Part shown: positions 1 to 10,659 of the stretch, piece by piece | Layout of the letters: each line of letters opens with the position of its first letter | Numbering within the stretch: the stretch's first letter is position 1 | Assembly (NCBI GenBank): GCA_963770895.1 | Contig: CAVYRF010000001.1 | Location: 1,632,001 to 1,696,000, forward strand | Length of the DNA stretch: 64,000 bases | DNA from: an uncultured Acidobacteriota bacterium | GTDB taxonomy: Bacteria; Acidobacteriota; Thermoanaerobaculia; Multivoradales; UBA5704 | Direction: 5' to 3' | Notes under the pieces: generated by a model | Database searches by the model: none | The model's input: the letters and a program-made list of their open reading frames with translations, nothing else | Told to the model about the DNA's origin: nothing | Position numbers and translations under genes: made by a program

Positions 1-53
1 AGGTGCGCGGACTGTTCCGATAATCGCCGATCGTGGCCAATAGGTGATCCATC

Positions 54-1877
54 ATGAATCTGCTTCCCGCGCGCGAATTCCAGTGGCTGGTGCGTCAGGT
101 CAGGCCCTTCGTCTGGGCGCACGTCGCCAGCCTGCTGTTCATCTTGCTATCGAGCCTGATGAATCTGCTCGACCCGCTGATCGTCAAGTGGTTGATCGAC
201 GACGTCGTGCCCGGCAGGCGCTGGCGGCTGCTGCCGGTGGCGGCCGCCAGCTTCTTCGCCGCCTACGTGGCGCGCCTGGTCTGCCAGTGGCTGGGCCGCT
301 ACGTCACCTTCGGCGCGGTGCAGAAGATGGTGTTCAAGATCCGCATCGAGGTGCTGCGCCACCTGCAGCGGTTGAGCGCCGAGTACCACGAGCGGACGCC
401 GGTCGGAGAGACGCAGTTTCGCCTGCAGCAGGACGTCGATCAGGTGGGCGACCTGGGCGGCGACATTCTCCCCGGCTCCTTGACGATGATCTTGGTGACG
501 CTGTCGGTCTTGGGCGCCATGGCCGTCCTCGACTGGCGCCTGGCGTGCATGATCCTGCCGCTCGTTCCCGTCTTTCTGGTGCAGCGCTCCCGCTTCGGCG
601 CACGGCTGCGGGCGAGCGCCGACGCCGTGCAGCAGCGCTCGGGAAACCTGAACAGTTCCCTGCAGGAATCGCTGTCGGCCGTCGTCGAGATCCAGCTGCT
701 GGGCCGCGAGAAGCGCCAGACGCGGCAGTTCGCCCGGCTCTCCGGGCAGCTGGTGCGCGCCCAGCTCAAGCGCCGGCTGGCCGAGCTGCGCTTCGCGCTC
801 GGCTCGATGCTGGTCTTCGCCGCCGGCACCGCTCTGATCCTGGCGTTTGGCGGCTACCAGGTGATGCGGGGCAGCTTGACGGTCGGCGGCCTGGTGGCGT
901 TCTATGGCTACCTCGGCCGGCTCTTCGAGCCGCTCAGCGGTGCGGTCGAAATGTACTCCCGCTTCCAGCGCGTCGGCGCCAGCATCCGCCGCCTGCTCGG
1001 CGTGCTCGACTACGAATCGCGGGTTCGCTCCGCGCCCGGCGCCGCGCCGCTGCCGGAGGCGGCTCCAGCCTGGATCGAGATGCGCGACGTGGCCTTCGCA
1101 TACGAGGCGGACCGCGACGTGCTGCGCGATCTCCACCTCAAGGTGGAAGCGGGCGAAAAGGTGGCGCTGGTGGGGGCCAGCGGCTCCGGCAAAAGCTCCG
1201 TCGCCAAGCTGGTGGCGCGCCTCTACGACCCCAGCCACGGCACGGTGTCGGTCAACGGCGCGGATCTGCGCGGCGTCGATCTCGGCAGCCTGCGCGCCCA
1301 GATCTCCTTCGTGCCGCAGGATTCGATCGTCTTCGCTGCCAGCCTGCGTGACAACCTGTTGTGGGGCAATCCGCGCGCCAGCCAGGCGGACCTGGATGCC
1401 GCGGCCGCGGTGGCCCAGCTCCGCGCTGTGATCGAAAAGCAGCCCGGCGGTTGGGACCAGCCGCTGGGCCCCTTCGGCGGCGGCCTGTCGCGCGGTGAGC
1501 GCCAGCGCCTGGCCCTGGCGCGGGCGCTGGTCCAGGATCGCCCGATCCTGATCCTCGACGAAGCGACCTCCGCCCTCGACGCCGCCACCGAAGACGCCAT
1601 CCTCCAGGCCCTGCACACCCGCTGCCGGGACAAGACGGTCCTCCTCATCACCCACCGCCCCGCCGGCGCGCGCTGGGCCGACCGCATCTTCGTCCTCGCC
1701 GCCGGCCGCCTGGTCGAAAAAGGCGCCTACGCCCAGCTCCACCAGGCCGGCACCGAGTACTACCGCCTATGCCAGGAAGGCCAGGTCGGTCACAAGAACC
1801 CGCCGACCGCCCCGACCGCAACCGTCAGGCCGACCGCCGCGGTGCGCCTGTCGCCCGCGGCCAGCAGGTCCGCGTAG
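54..1877 (+). CDS. ABC exporter, fused permease/ATP-binding subunit (MsbA/peptide-exporter type)
   Basis: N-terminal multi-TM domain; Walker A GASGSGKS, Q-loop FVPQD, signature variant LSRGERQR, Walker B ILILDEATSALD, H-loop ITHR. Confidence 0.93.
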   Translation: MNLLPAREFQWLVRQVRPFVWAHVASLLFILLSSLMNLLDPLIVKWLIDDVVPGRRWRLLPVAAASFFAAYVARLVCQWLGRYVTFGAVQKMVFKIRIEVLRHLQRLSAEYHERTPVGETQFRLQQDVDQVGDLGGDILPGSLTMILVTLSVLGAMAVLDWRLACMILPLVPVFLVQRSRFGARLRASADAVQQRSGNLNSSLQESLSAVVEIQLLGREKRQTRQFARLSGQLVRAQLKRRLAELRFALGSMLVFAAGTALILAFGGYQVMRGSLTVGGLVAFYGYLGRLFEPLSGAVEMYSRFQRVGASIRRLLGVLDYESRVRSAPGAAPLPEAAPAWIEMRDVAFAYEADRDVLRDLHLKVEAGEKVALVGASGSGKSSVAKLVARLYDPSHGTVSVNGADLRGVDLGSLRAQISFVPQDSIVFAASLRDNLLWGNPRASQADLDAAAAVAQLRAVIEKQPGGWDQPLGPFGGGLSRGERQRLALARALVQDRPILILDEATSALDAATEDAILQALHTRCRDKTVLLITHRPAGARWADRIFVLAAGRLVEKGAYAQLHQAGTEYYRLCQEGQVGHKNPPTAPTATVRPTAAVRLSPAASRSA

Positions 1878-1880
1878 CCC

Positions 1881-1908
1881 TTGCTTTTGGCGTCGTCCGG
1901 GTTAAAGT
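1881..1908 (+). promoter_or_regulatory. Putative sigma70-type promoter of the SAH riboswitch/ahcY transcript
   Basis: TTGCTT-N16-TAAAGT; predicted start about 1915 coincides with the riboswitch 5' end. Confidence 0.4.
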
Positions 1909-1915
1909 ATCTCCA

Positions 1916-1994
1916 GTCCGAGGAGCGATGCAGGAGGCTGCCGCCTCCCAGGCTCGGACGCCGGCCATGACCGGAGCACAGGAACGGCGCTCAC
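1916..1994 (+). ncRNA. SAH (S-adenosylhomocysteine) riboswitch
   Basis: GTCCGAGGAGCGATGC...CAGGCTCGGAC...AACGGCGCTCAC matches the SAH riboswitch consensus; P1 GTCCGAG/CTCGGAC and pseudoknot GAGCG/CGCTC; directly upstream of ahcY. Confidence 0.92.
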
Positions 1995-2066
1995 CTCAAC
2001 CCTTTCCGGGGCCGATGGTGAGAGAGATCCCTCCCAGTTGCCCCGGGTTCCTCTGAGGAGGTCTTC

Positions 2067-3506
<1,440 letters not shown>

Positions 3507-3529
3507 ACTCCAGGCCCTAAGCTCCAAGC

Positions 3530-3563
3530 CATCCGGGGGACCGCTCCGCCGGTCCCCCGGATG
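3530..3563. terminator. GC-rich hairpin between convergent ahcY and glycosyltransferase genes
   Basis: CATCCGGGGGACCG-ctccgc-CGGTCCCCCGGATG, perfect 14-bp stem; no U-tract. Confidence 0.65.
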
Positions 3564-3609
3564 CGGCCAGGCCAGGCGCAGCTGTGGCTGGTGTGGGGAC
3601 GGCCCGCGC

Positions 3610-5142
3610 TCAGCGGTTGCGGCTTGCGGCCGGCAGCTTGCCGTGGGCCGGCAGCCGGTAGAGCCCGTAGCTCGCGTTGCTGGCCATCAGCAGGTCGGGA
3701 CCCGGCAGCAGAGCGGCGGGCGGCGCGGGCGGGCGGCGCCAGGCGAGCTTGCCGACCAGCAGGCAGTCCTCGCGCGAGGCTGCGCCGGTTGCCGCACCGG
3801 CCGGCCCCGGCTCTTTGACTTCGAAGCCGTCCATCACCTCGAGGATGAAGCGCTCGCTGTAGGCCAGCTGAAAGGTCGAGCGGACCTCCCGGCAGCCGCC
3901 GGCGGCCGCCGGCTCCAGGGCGCTCAGGAAGCGCTGATCGCCCGGCATCCGGTCGCTGGTCAGCACGCGCGCCAGGAAGCGCGCCTCGCAGAGCGCCAGC
4001 GGCACCACCACCAGGCCGACCATCGTCGCGGCGCGCCAGCCGGTCGGAGCGCTGTCCGCCAGGAACAGAGCGCTGCCGGCACCGAGCACGGCGAGCGCCG
4101 GATAGATGGGGTCGAGGTACCAGTGGTGCTGCGTGCGGACGAACGAAACGATGAGCAGCGGCACCGCCACCCAGAGGACGAGCAGCGCCACCACCCGGCC
4201 GCGGCGCAGCCGCGCGCCCAGCTTGCCGCGCAGGCTCAGGACGGCGGCGGCGGCGATGACCAGCGGCCAGGGCGCGGCGCGGTCGAAGAGCGCCTCCACG
4301 TAGCTGAGCGGCGACGAGGTGCTCTTGTCGACGATCGTCGTCGAGCGATCGACCACGTCCTCGCGCACCATCCGCAGGAGAAAGTCCGCCGAGCCGTCGG
4401 CGTGCCAGCGCGCCCACACCCAGCCGCCGACGATCGCCGCGAAGAGCGCCGCGGCGGCCAGGCAGGGGAGCAGCCGCTGGCGCCTCCACGAGCCGCTCCA
4501 CACGATGTCGCCGCACGCGACCAGCGCGATCGGCAGGATCGCGAAGCTCTTGAGCAGGAAGCCGCAGGCCAGCAGCAGCGCGATCGGCACCACGCGCCAG
4601 GACGCCGTGCCCAGCTCCGGCAGCTGCACCGCCACCAGCGTCAGGATCAGCGTCAGACAGGCGTCGAAGTCGCCGCTGCGCGCCCCATGGTGACTGAGCC
4701 AGCCGTAGGACGTCGACACGATCAAGCCCGCCACGATCGCCACGCGCAGGCTGAACCATCGCCGCGCCCAGTACAAGGTCGTCCCCGTCACCGCCAGCGC
4801 GCACAGCGCCGAGGGCAGGCGCAGCGCCAGGGCCGAGCCGCCGAACAGAGCGAAGGACATGGCCATCAGCCAGTAGCCGAGCGGCGGCTTGAGGGCCCAC
4901 AGCTCTTTGTTCCCCGCATAGGTGGTGACGACATACGAGTGGTGCTGCTGCATCTCGTAGGCGGTCACGCCGTAGCGGGCCTCTTCGAAATCGTTGATCT
5001 TGGCGTTGCCCAGCGCCAGGAAGAGATTGCAGGCGGCAAGCGCCAACACCAGCCCGACGCACAGCCGAGGCCGCCGAGCCAGGAATGACGCGGTTGGCTC
5101 GATCGGCACGGCGCCCACGTCGCTGCTTGCCTCGCTGGTCAC
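3610..5142 (-). CDS. ArnT/PMT family (GT-C, GT39/GT83-like) membrane glycosyltransferase
   Basis: Multi-TM; EEARY, KPPLGYWLMA, ALRLPSAL motifs typical of ArnT/PMT_2. Confidence 0.85.
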   Translation of the reverse strand: MTSEASSDVGAVPIEPTASFLARRPRLCVGLVLALAACNLFLALGNAKINDFEEARYGVTAYEMQQHHSYVVTTYAGNKELWALKPPLGYWLMAMSFALFGGSALALRLPSALCALAVTGTTLYWARRWFSLRVAIVAGLIVSTSYGWLSHHGARSGDFDACLTLILTLVAVQLPELGTASWRVVPIALLLACGFLLKSFAILPIALVACGDIVWSGSWRRQRLLPCLAAAALFAAIVGGWVWARWHADGSADFLLRMVREDVVDRSTTIVDKSTSSPLSYVEALFDRAAPWPLVIAAAAVLSLRGKLGARLRRGRVVALLVLWVAVPLLIVSFVRTQHHWYLDPIYPALAVLGAGSALFLADSAPTGWRAATMVGLVVVPLALCEARFLARVLTSDRMPGDQRFLSALEPAAAGGCREVRSTFQLAYSERFILEVMDGFEVKEPGPAGAATGAASREDCLLVGKLAWRRPPAPPAALLPGPDLLMASNASYGLYRLPAHGKLPAASRNR

Positions 5143-5329
5143 GAGGTCGAGCGTACCGTCGCGCTACGGCAGTCCACCTGCACGTCGTCGACTCGGAGCA
5201 AGAGCTGCGCCAGCCCTGTGCGCGCGAGGCCGGTAGAGCCACCGTATGGCGCCCGGTCGTCGCCTCGCACGGACGACTCCGTCCTCGTTGGAGACCGCCG
5301 GTCGCAAGCGCCTGCCGGGCGAGCCGGGT

Positions 5330-8254
5330 TCAGGTGCGCGTCGAAGGCGGCGTCGCGCGCCGCCACGCGCGGCGATGGTGGGCGGCGGCCAGGAGGCCGA
5401 GAAGCAAGGCCGCGGCCAGCGCCGCGGTGAGCGCGAGCGGCCGGGCTTGCAGCGCGAGCCAGCCGCGCCCGCCGGGAAGCGGCACGAAGTCGCCGTCGCC
5501 GAGCACCACGACCCCGGACCAGGCGCCGGCGGGAGCGCCGGCCGCGATGCGGTCCCGCTGTGCCGCGGCGAGCGCCGCGCTCAGGCTGGCCCCCTCCGCG
5601 AGGTGGTGGTAGAAGCCGTCGAACAGCGCCGCGGCCTGGTCGTCCCACTGCGACCAGAGGGTGCCCAGCACGGCCTTGGCGCCGGCCTGAAAGAAAGCGC
5701 GCGCGAGGCTCAGCACTCCCTCTCCGTGCAGCAGCTTGCCGCGGGCGGTGGCGCAGGCCGACAGCACGACGACGGGGCTGTCGAGGCGCAGACCGACGAT
5801 GTCGTTCAGCCTCAGCAGGCCGTCCTGCTTCGATCTGTCGGCGCCGGGCGAAAGCCAGATGCCCGAGCTCGCCGGCTCCTGCTCGTCGATCCAGGTGTGG
5901 GTGGCGAAGTGCAGCAGGCCGAACGAGGCGAGCCGCGGGTGCGCCTGCAGCACGACGTCTTCCGAGACCGCCGCCCCCACCCGCTTCTCGCCGCCCAACC
6001 AGCGCGCCACGGAGTCGGCTTCCCGCGCCGCATAGGGGAGCGAGGCGAGCAGCGTCGCGGCGGCCTCGCCCAGGCTCTTCTGCGCCGTGTCGTCGGGCGC
6101 CGCTGGAGCGGCCAGGACCAGGGCTGGGCGATCGGCGGGCGCCGGGAGCTGGCCGCGCCAGCGGCGCCACAGGGTGGCGGAGGGAGCCTCGCTGAAGCGA
6201 TATCGCAAAGCGAGCGGCGCCTCGCCGGCCGACCGGCGCAGCGCCGCGAGCGGGACGCGGTACAGCTCGTCGTCGGGGATCACGATCAGGTGCTCGATCC
6301 ACGGCGGCAGATCGGCGAGCGCGCTTGCCAGGGTCCGGCGGTAGATCTCGGCGGCGGCCTCCGCCTCGCCGCGGTCGGTGGGGGCTGCCGCGGCGGCGTC
6401 TTGGCGGTCCGCCCGCCCGCGGTTGGTCGCCGCCGCCCCCTCGACCGGCGCCAGGAGCTCGACGAATCGGCGTACCGCCTGGCGCAGCGCGCCGCGGTCC
6501 GCATCCTTCAGGGCATAGGCGATGGGCGGCGCGTCGCGGGTCGCCACCAGCAGCCAGGAGCCGCCGCCGAAGTCGCCCCGCCAGTCCTTCCAGGGGGCGA
6601 TCTGAAACGCCAGCAGCGCCTCGTTTCTGGCGAGGCTGCTCCGCACCTGGCGCAAGGTCGCGAACTGCCCGGCGCCGCCCGGCGGCGGGGCGGCGGCGGG
6701 TGGGTTCGCGCGCTGGGCGGCGAGCTCGCGCCCGGCGCGCTCGATCGCGGCGGCGTCCTGGAGCGCGTTGGCACGTTCGCCTTCTGGGACGGCGGGGTCG
6801 TGGAGGCGCGCCTGGATCCGCTGCCGGCTCTCGTCGATCTGGTCGGCCCGGTGCTGCCAATGCTCCGCCGAGAGGGGTGTCGCCCCGGCGCGCTGAAGGG
6901 TGTCGAGCAGACTCCGGGCGCGCAGGCGCTCGGTCACCAGAAAGGCTTGCTCGAGCCAGCGGTCATCGTGGGTTTTCGACCATGCCGTGAAGAAGGTTCC
7001 GGCGAGCCAGGTATAGTCGTCGGACCACACCGAGAAAAGGCCGGCCTGGCTCGACCGGTTCTGAGCGCTGCGCAGATCTTCGATGGTGCCGAGCCCCTTG
7101 ACCAGCTCGTCGGCGCCCGCGATGGACGCACCGGCCGCCCAGGCGACGCGCATCGCCGTTCCCTCGACCGGGGCGCGAGCCCACGGGGTGTCGCCTGCCA
7201 GCCTGACGGCTTTCTTCACCGCGTCCTTCGCCTGGTCCGGCGCGCGCTCGGCGAGCTGCCGCGCCTGGGCATCGAGGCAAATCCCCTGGTGCGGCGCGTC
7301 GGCAGCATCGCTCCGGCAGCGGCCGACCTGATCGCGACCCTCGGCGTCGCGCAGCAAGCCCGCCAGGGCATAGTGCGCATCGACGGCATTGCCTGGATCG
7401 CCAGCTTGCTCGGTTGCCAGCGCAGCCCGCAGCATCAAAGCGACCGCGGCGGAGCGCTGGGTGTCGTCATCCGGCTGCTCCACCAATTTCTCGATCGCCA
7501 TCCGCGCCAGCCCGTAGAGGGCGCCGGCCGCGGCTCTGCGGTCGTTGGTGTCGAGCGCGATGTGCTGGCATTCGTCGTACTGCTGCGCAGCGCGGTCGAA
7601 GAGGCCGAGCTCGGCGCTGATGTTGCCCTGCATGTTCAACAGGGTCTCGTGGAGGTCACGCGCTTTCCAACTGGTATCCCCTGGCGCGATCCACGTCGCG
7701 GCCTGCTCCAGGTGGCGGGCCGCGGCGTCGAGGTTCAGGCCGGCAGCGAACAACTCTTTCGCCGTTTCGATCTCGTCGTCAGCGTACAGCAGCCGATCGC
7801 TTGCCGCGGCCGCAACGGCATGTGCACGGCCGCGTTCGAACTGCGCTTCATCGACATGACGCCAGTTCAGGACATAGACCAGGTCGTCGCGTGCCTGGAC
7901 CTCGCCGCTGGCGTCCCGGTCGGCCGCGAACAAGGCGGCGGTCTTGCGAAAGGCGGATTCCCAATGCCGGTTGGACTTCGGATCGGCCCACAGGAGCAGT
8001 CGCCAGAGGTCGAGGTAGGCCCAGTGACAGCCGGGGAAGCGAACGTGCAGGGTGGCTAGCCGCCTGCTGGCCGACCGCCAATCGCCGCTCTTGCCCTGGG
8101 CGTAGAGGTCTTCGGCCGCCTGCTGGCAGCCGGGCCGCGTCACAGCTTGTGGGTCGGAGGCACCATTTACAGGTGCGGAGGCCGCGGCGGGGACCGGAGC
8201 AGCGCGCCACAGGGAACAGGCAATCGCAAGGGCTGTCGCTGCCCGGCGGCGCAC
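5330..8254 (-). CDS. Exported TPR-CHAT (caspase-like) protease with C-terminal membrane anchor
   Basis: N-terminal signal-like segment; helical repeats; ERLRARSLLD, IVIPDDEL, LLHFATH, VVLSAC, GEGVLSLARAF, LW motifs; hydrophobic C-terminus followed by basic residues. Confidence 0.88.
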   Translation of the reverse strand: MRRRAATALAIACSLWRAAPVPAAASAPVNGASDPQAVTRPGCQQAAEDLYAQGKSGDWRSASRRLATLHVRFPGCHWAYLDLWRLLLWADPKSNRHWESAFRKTAALFAADRDASGEVQARDDLVYVLNWRHVDEAQFERGRAHAVAAAASDRLLYADDEIETAKELFAAGLNLDAAARHLEQAATWIAPGDTSWKARDLHETLLNMQGNISAELGLFDRAAQQYDECQHIALDTNDRRAAAGALYGLARMAIEKLVEQPDDDTQRSAAVALMLRAALATEQAGDPGNAVDAHYALAGLLRDAEGRDQVGRCRSDAADAPHQGICLDAQARQLAERAPDQAKDAVKKAVRLAGDTPWARAPVEGTAMRVAWAAGASIAGADELVKGLGTIEDLRSAQNRSSQAGLFSVWSDDYTWLAGTFFTAWSKTHDDRWLEQAFLVTERLRARSLLDTLQRAGATPLSAEHWQHRADQIDESRQRIQARLHDPAVPEGERANALQDAAAIERAGRELAAQRANPPAAAPPPGGAGQFATLRQVRSSLARNEALLAFQIAPWKDWRGDFGGGSWLLVATRDAPPIAYALKDADRGALRQAVRRFVELLAPVEGAAATNRGRADRQDAAAAAPTDRGEAEAAAEIYRRTLASALADLPPWIEHLIVIPDDELYRVPLAALRRSAGEAPLALRYRFSEAPSATLWRRWRGQLPAPADRPALVLAAPAAPDDTAQKSLGEAAATLLASLPYAAREADSVARWLGGEKRVGAAVSEDVVLQAHPRLASFGLLHFATHTWIDEQEPASSGIWLSPGADRSKQDGLLRLNDIVGLRLDSPVVVLSACATARGKLLHGEGVLSLARAFFQAGAKAVLGTLWSQWDDQAAALFDGFYHHLAEGASLSAALAAAQRDRIAAGAPAGAWSGVVVLGDGDFVPLPGGRGWLALQARPLALTAALAAALLLGLLAAAHHRRAWRRATPPSTRT

Positions 8255-8394
8255 GCTAAGATTCTACATCAAATGGGTTACAACCTTCCATGGAACCGGC
8301 GGTCGGAGCAAGCGACGCCGGCGGAAACCCCCTGGGAGGGGGGCCGCCGGCGCCGCCGCAGCCGATCCTGTTGCCTGCCGCCGGACTCGCGGTG

Positions 8395-8523
8395 TCACTC
8401 CTCCAGTTGGCCCCCCGGCGGGCCGGTTTCGACCGGCGGCGTCGCACATTGGATGCCGACCTCGCCGCTGACTGTCATCTGGTACGTGTCCTGATCGTTC
8501 GAGGAATCATCTGTATTTGCCAT
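8395..8523 (-). CDS. 42-aa acidic micro-protein MANTDDSSNDQDTYQMTVSGEVGIQCATPPVETGPPGGQLEE
   Basis: Strong RBS AGAAAGGAG upstream of ATG; co-oriented within the ECF-CHAT cassette. Confidence 0.65.
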   Translation of the reverse strand: MANTDDSSNDQDTYQMTVSGEVGIQCATPPVETGPPGGQLEE

Positions 8524-8546
8524 GAAGGATCTCCTTTCTTTCTCGC

Positions 8547-8771
8547 TCAGGATTCCAGGCTCTGCTGGGGCGCAACGGTCTTGCACTCGGCCGCGGCCGG
8601 CGGGATCCGGCGCTTTGGGCGGGTGATCTTCACTCCGAAGTTCCAGAACAGGCTGAGGCTGAAGCCCCTTCTGCGTGCGGGGACTGGCTGCGCCCGGACC
8701 GCTCGCGCGGGAGGCTGGGGGGGATCGAGCTCGGCGATATCGACCCGGCTGAATCGGTCCTCGTGCGGCAT
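8547..8771 (-). CDS. 74-aa basic/Pro-rich micro-protein (MPHEDRFSRVDIAELDPP...)
   Basis: RBS AAAAGGAG upstream of ATG; fills the gap between anti-sigma and the 42-aa ORF. Confidence 0.55.
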   Translation of the reverse strand: MPHEDRFSRVDIAELDPPQPPARAVRAQPVPARRRGFSLSLFWNFGVKITRPKRRIPPAAAECKTVAPQQSLES

Positions 8772-8953
8772 GGTCTCTCTCCTTTTCACGGTTCACCTCT
8801 CAGTGATGGTCTCCGCGGTGTCGGCCGGCGGCCGGCCTTGTCTCCGGCGGGCCACGCTCCCTCGATCTGTCCGCTTCCTACTAGACGAAGCGCAAGGCGC
8901 GATCCCCTCAGGCCCGCGCGTGACGGCGAGGCGCCCAGAGGACGGCAAGGGAT

Positions 8954-9682
8954 TCAGTGGACGGAAAACGTTTCGATTTGCGAGGTGGCGCTCAGGCGGC
9001 CGGGACCTGTCGCCGTCACCTGCCAGCTCAGCACCGATCCCGCGGGGAGTTTGGCGAGCGCAGTATCGGGCACCTGGTAGACCTTGACCGCCAGCTCTGT
9101 AGCTTGGGCCACGACGACGCCGGACCGCGTGCGCACGACGACGTCGTAGAGCACGCCGGGCGGGCCCTTCCAGGAAAGCAAGCAGCTGGAGCGGGAGGGG
9201 GCCTGGCAGCCGGTCTCCATCAGCAGCAGCGGACGGGGCGCCAGAGGCAGACGGGGCGCCGCGGCCGGCGCCAGCCCGCCGCGCAGGGCCGGCGCCGGCG
9301 CCGGAGCGCGCAGAACCTGGACGCCGATGAGGAGGGCGGCGGCCATGCCGGACGCCGCCACCCAGGCCGCCAGGGGGCGGCGGCGTCGCCGCTCCGGCTC
9401 GGGCGCCGCGGCCGTGTCGGCGCCCTGGTCCGCCTGTGGGTGCTCGAAGGCGACGGCGAGCCGCCATTCCTCCGTGCAGGCGGGGCAGGCCGCGAGATGA
9501 TCGATCACGTGGCGCAACGCATCGGCCGGCAGCTCGCCGTGCACCGCCAGCCAGATCGATTCTGGCGCCGGGCAGTCGGCGGGCACCGGCGGCTGGGATG
9601 GGCCGCCGGCAAACGCCCGGCGCAGCGACTCCAGATCGCCGCCGTCGCCCCTGCTGCCGCGGACGCCGCCGTCGCCGCTCAT
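8954..9682 (-). CDS. zf-HC2 (ZAS) anti-sigma factor, single TM plus extracytoplasmic beta domain
   Basis: HLAACPAC zinc motif, TM segment; ATGA overlap with the upstream sigma factor stop. Confidence 0.85.
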   Translation of the reverse strand: MSGDGGVRGSRGDGGDLESLRRAFAGGPSQPPVPADCPAPESIWLAVHGELPADALRHVIDHLAACPACTEEWRLAVAFEHPQADQGADTAAAPEPERRRRRPLAAWVAASGMAAALLIGVQVLRAPAPAPALRGGLAPAAAPRLPLAPRPLLLMETGCQAPSRSSCLLSWKGPPGVLYDVVVRTRSGVVVAQATELAVKVYQVPDTALAKLPAGSVLSWQVTATGPGRLSATSQIETFSVH

Positions 9683-10221
9683 CGCGCCACCCCCGCCGCC
9701 TCGAGGCAGCGGCGCAGATCCGCCAGGCCGCGGTAGACCAGGTTCTCCGCCCGCTTGGGGCTCCAATTCAGGAGCTGGGCGGCCTCCGGCACGCTGTGTC
9801 CCACCAGGTGGAGCGTCACCGCCAGCCGCCGGGGCCGGACCAAACGGGCCAGGCAGGCGCGAATCGCCCGCCCCTGCTGCCGCGCCGACGTCGTCTGCTC
9901 GGGATTCGCGGCAGGTGTCGAGTGCTGCGTGTCGACCCCTTCGTCTTCCAAGGGGACCTCCCGCCTGCGCTTGAGCCGGCGGATCTCGTCGACCAGGGCG
10001 CTATAGGCCGCCTTGCGGAGGTACGCGGTGGAGAGGTCGGTGCTCCCGTCGCCGCGGCGGCAGACTTCGACGACGCGCAGCAACGCGACCTGCACGACGT
10101 CCTCGGCGCTCGCGGCGAGCCACGGCGGGCAGATGCTGGCGACGGCGCGCGTCAAGGCGGCGCGCAGGGCGACGAGATCCCCCTCCGCGATGGGGGAGGG
10201 GCCATGAGGCTGGCGCTCCAC
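9679..10221 (-). CDS. ECF sigma-70 factor (start approximate)
   Basis: AEDVVQ region 2, AYSALVDEIRR, region 4 HTH SVPEAAQLL...AENLVYRGLADLR. Confidence 0.9.
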   Translation of the reverse strand: MERQPHGPSPIAEGDLVALRAALTRAVASICPPWLAASAEDVVQVALLRVVEVCRRGDGSTDLSTAYLRKAAYSALVDEIRRLKRRREVPLEDEGVDTQHSTPAANPEQTTSARQQGRAIRACLARLVRPRRLAVTLHLVGHSVPEAAQLLNWSPKRAENLVYRGLADLRRCLEAAGVAR

Positions 10222-10659
10222 GTGTGCCGGCTCGATCGTACGGTTCGTATAATTCGAGGATTCGCTGAAGTCTACCACGGCCACGGCGTGGGCGACCCGG
10301 ACGCGCCGCGAATTCGCCGCCAGGACCCTCACCCGGCGCGAACGCAGCCGCAGGTCGAGGCCGGGCCGCGGCCGGGGAGCGGCGGCACATTTCACCGCCT
10401 CGGATGGACCCTGCCGCAGGCTCGCGCCAGCCGCAGCCGGTCCTCCGCCATCTGGTTCCAGTGCGCCGTCGTACGCCATCGCATCGATCCTCCGCGCAGG
10501 AGCGCCCGCCCGGCAACGCGGCGGGCCTCATCCCGCCGCCGCCGGCAATCCGCCGTCGTCCTCACAACGAATGTCGATGGCCTTTCCCCTCAAGGCGCCG
10601 CGACGCAAGGCGCTGGCGACGCACCTGCTGTACGATGGCTCAGTTCCAAAGGAGAATGG

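Noticed and set aside
8256-8449. Third micro-ORF before the CHAT gene
   Set aside because: No properly spaced RBS; the region contains a TAGAAT -10-like box just upstream of the CHAT start and is more likely promoter
9436-10659. Long N-terminal extension of the Ppx/GppA ORF
   Set aside because: Overlaps the sigma and anti-sigma genes on the other strand; the real start is the GTG at 10660 with an RBS
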